Assembly: GCA_038231435.1 (NCBI GenBank)
Contig: JBBRLJ010000026.1
Span: 22,565 to 86,564, forward strand
DNA: 64,000 nucleotides
Direction of reading: 5' to 3'
DNA from: Planctomycetota bacterium
GTDB lineage: Bacteria; Planctomycetota; UBA11346
Within the stretch, counting starts at the first letter, position 1. Each line of letters begins with the position of its first letter. This document shows positions 60,201 through 64,000 of this stretch, piece after piece. A program made the translations under genes and the position numbers. Below the pieces are notes generated by a model. The model was not told the DNA's origin. It ran no database searches and saw only the letters and a program-made list of their open reading frames with translations.

Positions 60201-60392
60201 CCGCCCGAGGAGCGGCGCGGTGCCATCGCGCGTCTCAGATCTCCGCAGGCGGTCGGTCGGTCCGGTGCGCTCGAGATGCGCGCGCAGCCCGTCCGGCGAG
60301 AAGGCGTCGGACGGCACCGTGTCCCCGAAGGGCGATGGCGACGTGGGCCCCGACTTGCTGTTCTCGGACGATGATGGGGACGGTGGGTTCAC
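57207..60392 (-). CDS. Membrane Ser/Thr protein kinase with beta-sandwich (ConA-like) and TPR-like C-terminus
   Basis: LGVGATGRVY, VAVK, LEHPNV, HQDVKPSN, DWG, GTPLYMSPEQ, DIYCLG; TM helix; TPR-like helices. Confidence 0.93.
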   Translation of the reverse strand: MNPPSPSSSENSKSGPTSPSPFGDTVPSDAFSPDGLRAHLERTGPTDRLRRSETRDGTAPLLGRPSLIERLGSHGGRAVEPALPRFEVEGVLGVGATGRVYAVRDRNLARAVAVKFLDDSGGQPGPDAIAHFVDEAQITASLEHPNVLPVHELDVNEAGQVYFSMKKIAGRSLGALIEESTAQQRAATLGDVNALVNLFVGVCHALAYAHDRGIVHQDVKPSNIMVGDYGEVLLVDWGSAVRLEPGKQPRLYGTPLYMSPEQARRDGVDARSDIYCLGATLFHALTLRPPTWSDDADEFWRMKRAGEMTAPSAQERAASPVELLDIALKALAPAPGSRYRTVSELRDDLRGYQSGLAVSAHRDSLLEALSRWHRRHWRALWATAAVAAVVLALGATIYGEKLKEIATWGQPVMAEDFTDDSWKQRWHVVEGGFEQRAGRLVSTDTHANIVVWPHKLSGPTAVEYDGEILPGAHPCDISLVWARDIGEQGWPLIDRCLIQVGCFDGAYTALRADDYSILSFNPFRPAVGTRYHVRVEMDDYAITLWVDGRKLCESTDSMRLDGGYVALYGHYAGKAFDNVRIYSRGMAQKVPATAIGDTLVRLKQTEPAFDQYRKVAESHPHTTIGDEALYKQGLCRWQQKRYDEAESAWAALAGTAFAPQVTLHAIDRRFIFGDHPRALTALVDLYASSTPAIRKLVARQWGRYVDVLHRLGDDSCLESYVAAHDRYFPDQDDVEVNAAEALINLDRFTEVLERHPRQRMQCAWALTRLDRPHEVIERYADQLSAYNNACFLTGEFDLIDRYIDPALYALTLVLRGRAEEALAIPGIDSWGKFEAYRTLGRFDEAIAIAPDPYMRAEALCAAGRASEGALLAGRIGRSIGLLAAGDALGALGASEPGESADVQARNLLGLRCAISGDIAGARGWFDVKVNEHAGLDEILFGRFLAPFALGTLDQPAYEKACDDVIAAERWSDAQQSWYLAGFLRGSISEERFLAQPERRLASGRMLFLKAFMADRTGHAVEALGGYQAFAALPIWKRRLSIFPALDLFVEWRIDSLSAARR

Positions 60393-60581
60393 GATCGGGC
60401 CACCGGAAGGATACCTCCGAATCGAGTCCCTTGTCCATGGCCGCCGTTCATTCGGATAGCGAGAGCATGAGTACCAGCTGCGAGCAGAAGTTATCCTCGG
60501 GAGCCGCTGGAGGGCGGATTGCTACTGCGCCTTGCGCCCTCGCCGGCTTACCGCACCGTCGGACGTCCGCCCCACGAGGAG

Positions 60582-61049
60582 ATGGCCATGCCGCGCTCAC
60601 TCATCTCGATCCTGCTCGTGATCCCGCTCTCGCTGCCGCTCCTGCCCATGTGGGCGGAAGCGCAGCCCGAGGCCACGCCACCCACCCCGCCGAAGGCCGC
60701 GCCCAAGCCCGAGGCCATGGCCAGCGCGCGCCCCTGGGTGAAGGTCACCTACATCATCGACACGGGCGAGAAGAAGGAGTCGCATTACCTGGTCGGCCAG
60801 GTCGATCCGCTGCTGCTGAGGAAAGTGGATGCGGGCGAAGGCGTCGCCTTCATCAGGCTCGACAAGGCCTGCTGGTACGGCTTCGACGACGAGGGCAATC
60901 CGGGCTCGGTCATCCCCTACGCCAAGGACAATGCCTCGGGGCCGGTCTACATCGCCACCCACACCATCGAATCCATCGACGTCCAGGCGCTGGATCCCGA
61001 CGCCTACATCAAATCGATCGAGGACAAGGTCGCCAAGCCCGGGAACTGA
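60582..61049 (+). CDS. Secreted hypothetical protein
   Basis: GAGGAG RBS, signal peptide, Pro-rich linker, small beta domain. Confidence 0.75.
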   Translation: MAMPRSLISILLVIPLSLPLLPMWAEAQPEATPPTPPKAAPKPEAMASARPWVKVTYIIDTGEKKESHYLVGQVDPLLLRKVDAGEGVAFIRLDKACWYGFDDEGNPGSVIPYAKDNASGPVYIATHTIESIDVQALDPDAYIKSIEDKVAKPGN

Positions 61050-61089
61050 CGAATCGTTCGCGCCGTGAGCCGCAGCTCCCTGCGCGTGC

Positions 61090-62691
61090 CTACTTCACTC
61101 CCTGCCACTGCTGCGCCGCTTCCTCCATGGACTGGCGATATGACTGCAGCCGCTCGGCGAATTCCGCGCGCTCCCTCGCGCTCATGCCAGTCTCGTCGGC
61201 GATGCGCACCGCCTCGCCGGCATCGACGATGGCTCCGCGCAGATCGCCATTCTGCGCGCGCGCGAGTGCGAGCGTGTCGAGATAGTTGCCGAGCCTGCGG
61301 CGCTGCCGGCGTGTCGCGGCCGCGGCCGTCTCGGCGTCGCCGGATGCGCGTTCCTCAGCCGCAGCGCGCTGGAGCCGGACCGCTTCGATAGATGTCGGCA
61401 GCGCCTGCGCCGCATCGCGCAGCGTGACGTCCGGCGAGACCAATCGCCACCACGCATAGTTGTTGAGCGCGAGCGAGAGCGCGGACCGGTCGTGGGTGGC
61501 GACGCGGTACGCCGCCCGCCAGCGCTCGACGCGCATCCCGGCCGCCGCGAACCACTCCGCCGAACGGCCGTCGCCGCCATCGTCGGCGAAAGCGTGCTGC
61601 ACCAGGCGCTCGCAGACCAGGGCGGCGAACCGCCGCGGATCGTACGCATCCATCCCGCGCAGCTGGATCCGACGCGTATCGAGCTCGTGGCATAATCCAT
61701 CCCAGCGGTCGCAGCCAGCGAGCGCGGCCTGGTGGTCGCGAGCGTTGGCGCGCAGTTCGGCCAGCTGCGTGATCGCACGCGCGTATTCGGCAGCCAACGC
61801 GTACCACGAGCCTCGGCCCACCGCGCGGTCGATCGTCGGCATCCCTTCCGGGAGTGGTGCCGCCGACGATGGGAAGGCGTCCCAGATGCGGCCGAGCGCG
61901 GACTCGACATCCGCGGCCAACGGCGCGAACGCCGTCCCTTCACCATCGCCATGGATGATCAACGGCCGCGCCGACTGGGCATACAGGATCCCCGCCTCGC
62001 GATCGAACGGGTCGCTGACGAGCAACCGCTTGGCCGTCTCCACCGCCATCCGCACGTGCGCCACGCCGTCTGTGCCGAGTTCCACCGTTGCGTCGCGCGC
62101 GTCCAGACCACCCCCATGGCGGGCCGACTCCAGGTTCCACCTGCCAAACGACAGCAGCAACCGGCGCTCGATCGATGGGCTGACGGCTAGGCCCGGTGAT
62201 CCCGTCTCATCGGTGACTCCCGGGACATCGCCGAGCCAGTCGCAGGCGAAGCCGAGCGCTTCGCCTACCTTCGCGAAGCCCTCGCTGGATGGCGCAACTG
62301 ACGTCGTCGCCGAGGATGACGCGAGCGCCCGCGCCTGGGCGATCAGCAGCCAGGCATCGGCCGCCGCGGCGCGAGCCTCGACATCGCCCGCATCCTCGGG
62401 ATCGAGCGCTCCGACCAGGGCCTGGAGCCTCGACGCCATGGCGGCGGTCCGCTCGGGGCCATCGGCGCCGACGATCTCTGGTTGCTCGTCAACGGCGGAG
62501 CGCAGCGCGCGCAGGCGTTCGGCGCGCGGGTCAGGCGCGGCCGCCGGTGGAGCGCTGGGCTTGGGATCAGGTGCCGCGGCCACTCGAAGGGCATCGCCAC
62601 ATCCGGCTGCGAGCAGGCCGAACAACGCTGCCGCGACGAGCGGCGTCGATGCATGCCTTGCTCCCTTTCCAACGATGGCGCGAGGCACCAT
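61090..62691 (-). CDS. Putative lipoprotein with C-terminal TPR-like helices
   Basis: Lipobox LAAGC; LNNYAW...ALP...EAV; YLDTLALARAQNGD...A. Confidence 0.75.
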   Translation of the reverse strand: MVPRAIVGKGARHASTPLVAAALFGLLAAGCGDALRVAAAPDPKPSAPPAAAPDPRAERLRALRSAVDEQPEIVGADGPERTAAMASRLQALVGALDPEDAGDVEARAAAADAWLLIAQARALASSSATTSVAPSSEGFAKVGEALGFACDWLGDVPGVTDETGSPGLAVSPSIERRLLLSFGRWNLESARHGGGLDARDATVELGTDGVAHVRMAVETAKRLLVSDPFDREAGILYAQSARPLIIHGDGEGTAFAPLAADVESALGRIWDAFPSSAAPLPEGMPTIDRAVGRGSWYALAAEYARAITQLAELRANARDHQAALAGCDRWDGLCHELDTRRIQLRGMDAYDPRRFAALVCERLVQHAFADDGGDGRSAEWFAAAGMRVERWRAAYRVATHDRSALSLALNNYAWWRLVSPDVTLRDAAQALPTSIEAVRLQRAAAEERASGDAETAAAATRRQRRRLGNYLDTLALARAQNGDLRGAIVDAGEAVRIADETGMSARERAEFAERLQSYRQSMEEAAQQWQGVK

Positions 62692-62896
62692 GGACCCGTG
62701 CTAACGATCCGACCGCGCCATGAGCCGACGCAGGCGCCCGGTGGCACAAGTGATGGAAGCGGAGCGCATGTTGGAGCGTACACCAGGATTCCGCGCATGG
62801 ATCGACATGAGTCCGCACCTACCCGTCAGCGCCGGGGTGTCCACCCTGCCTCAATTTCCCGATCGCCTCGCCACGCCACTCCCTAGGTTCGCACCC

Positions 62897-63859
62897 ATGC
62901 CCACCTGCCGACCCCCGAACCTGCACTTGTTCCTCAACGACCTCGTCCGCTTCGTCATTGTCGTCATGCTCGCTTCGGGAATCGCGTGCGCTCCGGGCGT
63001 TGGCGCCGCGGAAGCGGTCCGGACCCATCACTCGGGACGGGTTCTGATCGTGGCCTCGAGCTCCGGCGAGCTGGTCCTGAAAGACGGACGCCACGTGCCG
63101 ACCGGCTATTACCTGAACGAACTCGCGATCCCGGCGATGCGGCTTGAGGAGGCTGGATACGACCTGGTGGTGGCCACCCCGTCGGGCGAGAAGCCCCCGA
63201 TGGACCCGCGATCGAACGACAAGGTCCATTTCGGCGACGACCAAGCCGCGCTGGCCAAGGCCCTGGCATTCGTCGATCAGGGCCCGGCGATGCAAGTGAT
63301 CCATCCCTTGAAACAGGTGGTTGCCGACGGCCTGGATGGCTTCGCCGGCATCTACATCCCCGGTGGCCATGCACCCATGAACGACTTGATGCAGGATGTC
63401 GATCTCGGAACCGCGCTGCGCCATTTCCACGAGGCCAAGCAACCCACCGTCTTCCTCTGCCACGGCCCGGTAGCCGCGCTCTCGGCATTGCCCGATCCGG
63501 TGGCCTATCGCAACGCTCTTGTCCGGGACGACGCTCCCGGAGCCGGGATGGCCGCGAACGGCTGGCCCTACGCTGGATACCGCATGGCCATCTTCTCGGA
63601 CGACGAGGAGCGCGTGGTGACCGACACCTACTTGAAGAGCGCCCCGCTCTTCTCGGTCGCCGAAGCCCTGCGACTTGCCGGGGCCAAGGTCGAGACCGGC
63701 AAAACCTTCGCACCACTCGTCGTCATCGACCGCGAGATGATCACCGGACAGAATCCCGCTTCCGATCATGCCATCGGCGAGGCGATGGTGACAGCGCTCG
63801 AGCATGCACGGTTGGAGAAGATCAGGCCGTCGGCGGAGCAGCCGTTGGACAAGAAATAA
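62897..63859 (+). CDS. DJ-1/PfpI (Hsp31-like) protein with signal peptide
   Basis: TGYYLNEL, ATPSG, PGGHAPM.DL, LCHGP, ITGQNPAS. Start uncertain. Confidence 0.9.
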   Translation: MPTCRPPNLHLFLNDLVRFVIVVMLASGIACAPGVGAAEAVRTHHSGRVLIVASSSGELVLKDGRHVPTGYYLNELAIPAMRLEEAGYDLVVATPSGEKPPMDPRSNDKVHFGDDQAALAKALAFVDQGPAMQVIHPLKQVVADGLDGFAGIYIPGGHAPMNDLMQDVDLGTALRHFHEAKQPTVFLCHGPVAALSALPDPVAYRNALVRDDAPGAGMAANGWPYAGYRMAIFSDDEERVVTDTYLKSAPLFSVAEALRLAGAKVETGKTFAPLVVIDREMITGQNPASDHAIGEAMVTALEHARLEKIRPSAEQPLDKK

Positions 63860-64000
63860 GGCTCTGCGTCGTTTCCCGTGGGTCCTTGCAGGCGCACATG
63901 AAGGCCCAGGTTGTCCGGCATGGACACCAACCCCCTGTTCACGATGGCCCTCGGGCTGATTCCACCGTGGTGCGTCACCGAGACGCGTTTCGATGCCGAG
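63860..64000 (+). mobile_element. ISL3-family insertion sequence, left end and transposase 5' end (truncated by window)
   Basis: Begins GGCTCT, the usual ISL3 terminus, after AT-rich AGAAATAA. ATG 63920 gives MDTNPLFTMALGLIPPWCVTETRFDAE, the LF..ALGL..PW.V....FD N-terminus of ISL3 transposases. Confidence 0.8.

Noticed and set aside
61460..62704. 414-aa plus-strand ORF
   Set aside because: Ser/Ala/Arg-rich antisense shadow of the lipoprotein gene, with no motifs.

Overview
High-GC bacterial chromosomal window. The gene content (many pilin-like N-methylation proteins, ThuA, FHA and non-RD Ser/Thr kinase genes) suggests a Planctomycetota/PVC-like organism, which is inference only. All calls come from reading motifs by eye; no searches were run. 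Left to right: (1) a two-component signalling region at ~1-19.6 kb, with a PAS histidine kinase, several receiver proteins, a CheB-CheR-PAS-kinase fusion and two truncated signalling-gene remnants, interleaved with two NlpC/P60 hydrolases, SEL1/TPR proteins, a GH28-like protein and a surface beta-repeat protein; (2) sthA, a 1017-aa helical protein of unknown function and a YaiI-family gene; (3) a coupled 8-gene pilin/pseudopilin cassette (24969-33960) with an 813-aa protein in the PilV/GspI position and no assembly machinery in the window; (4) LacI, GH29 fucosidase and AraC; (5) a 7-gene NAD salvage locus (pncB-nadE, nrtR-pncA-pnuC-nadR-Nudix) with two visible 21-bp NrtR-type operators, preceded by a methyltransferase with two degenerate Nudix-like domains; (6) a carbohydrate locus (unknown secreted protein, GH26, AraC, double ThuA, MDR dehydrogenase); (7) a triple-HTH protein, a receiver, a Ser/Thr kinase, exported proteins, a DJ-1/PfpI gene and the left end of an ISL3 element at the window edge. 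No rRNA, tRNA or CRISPR array was recognised. The best candidates for undescribed biology are the pilin cassette, the methyltransferase-Nudix fusion and the 1017-aa protein.
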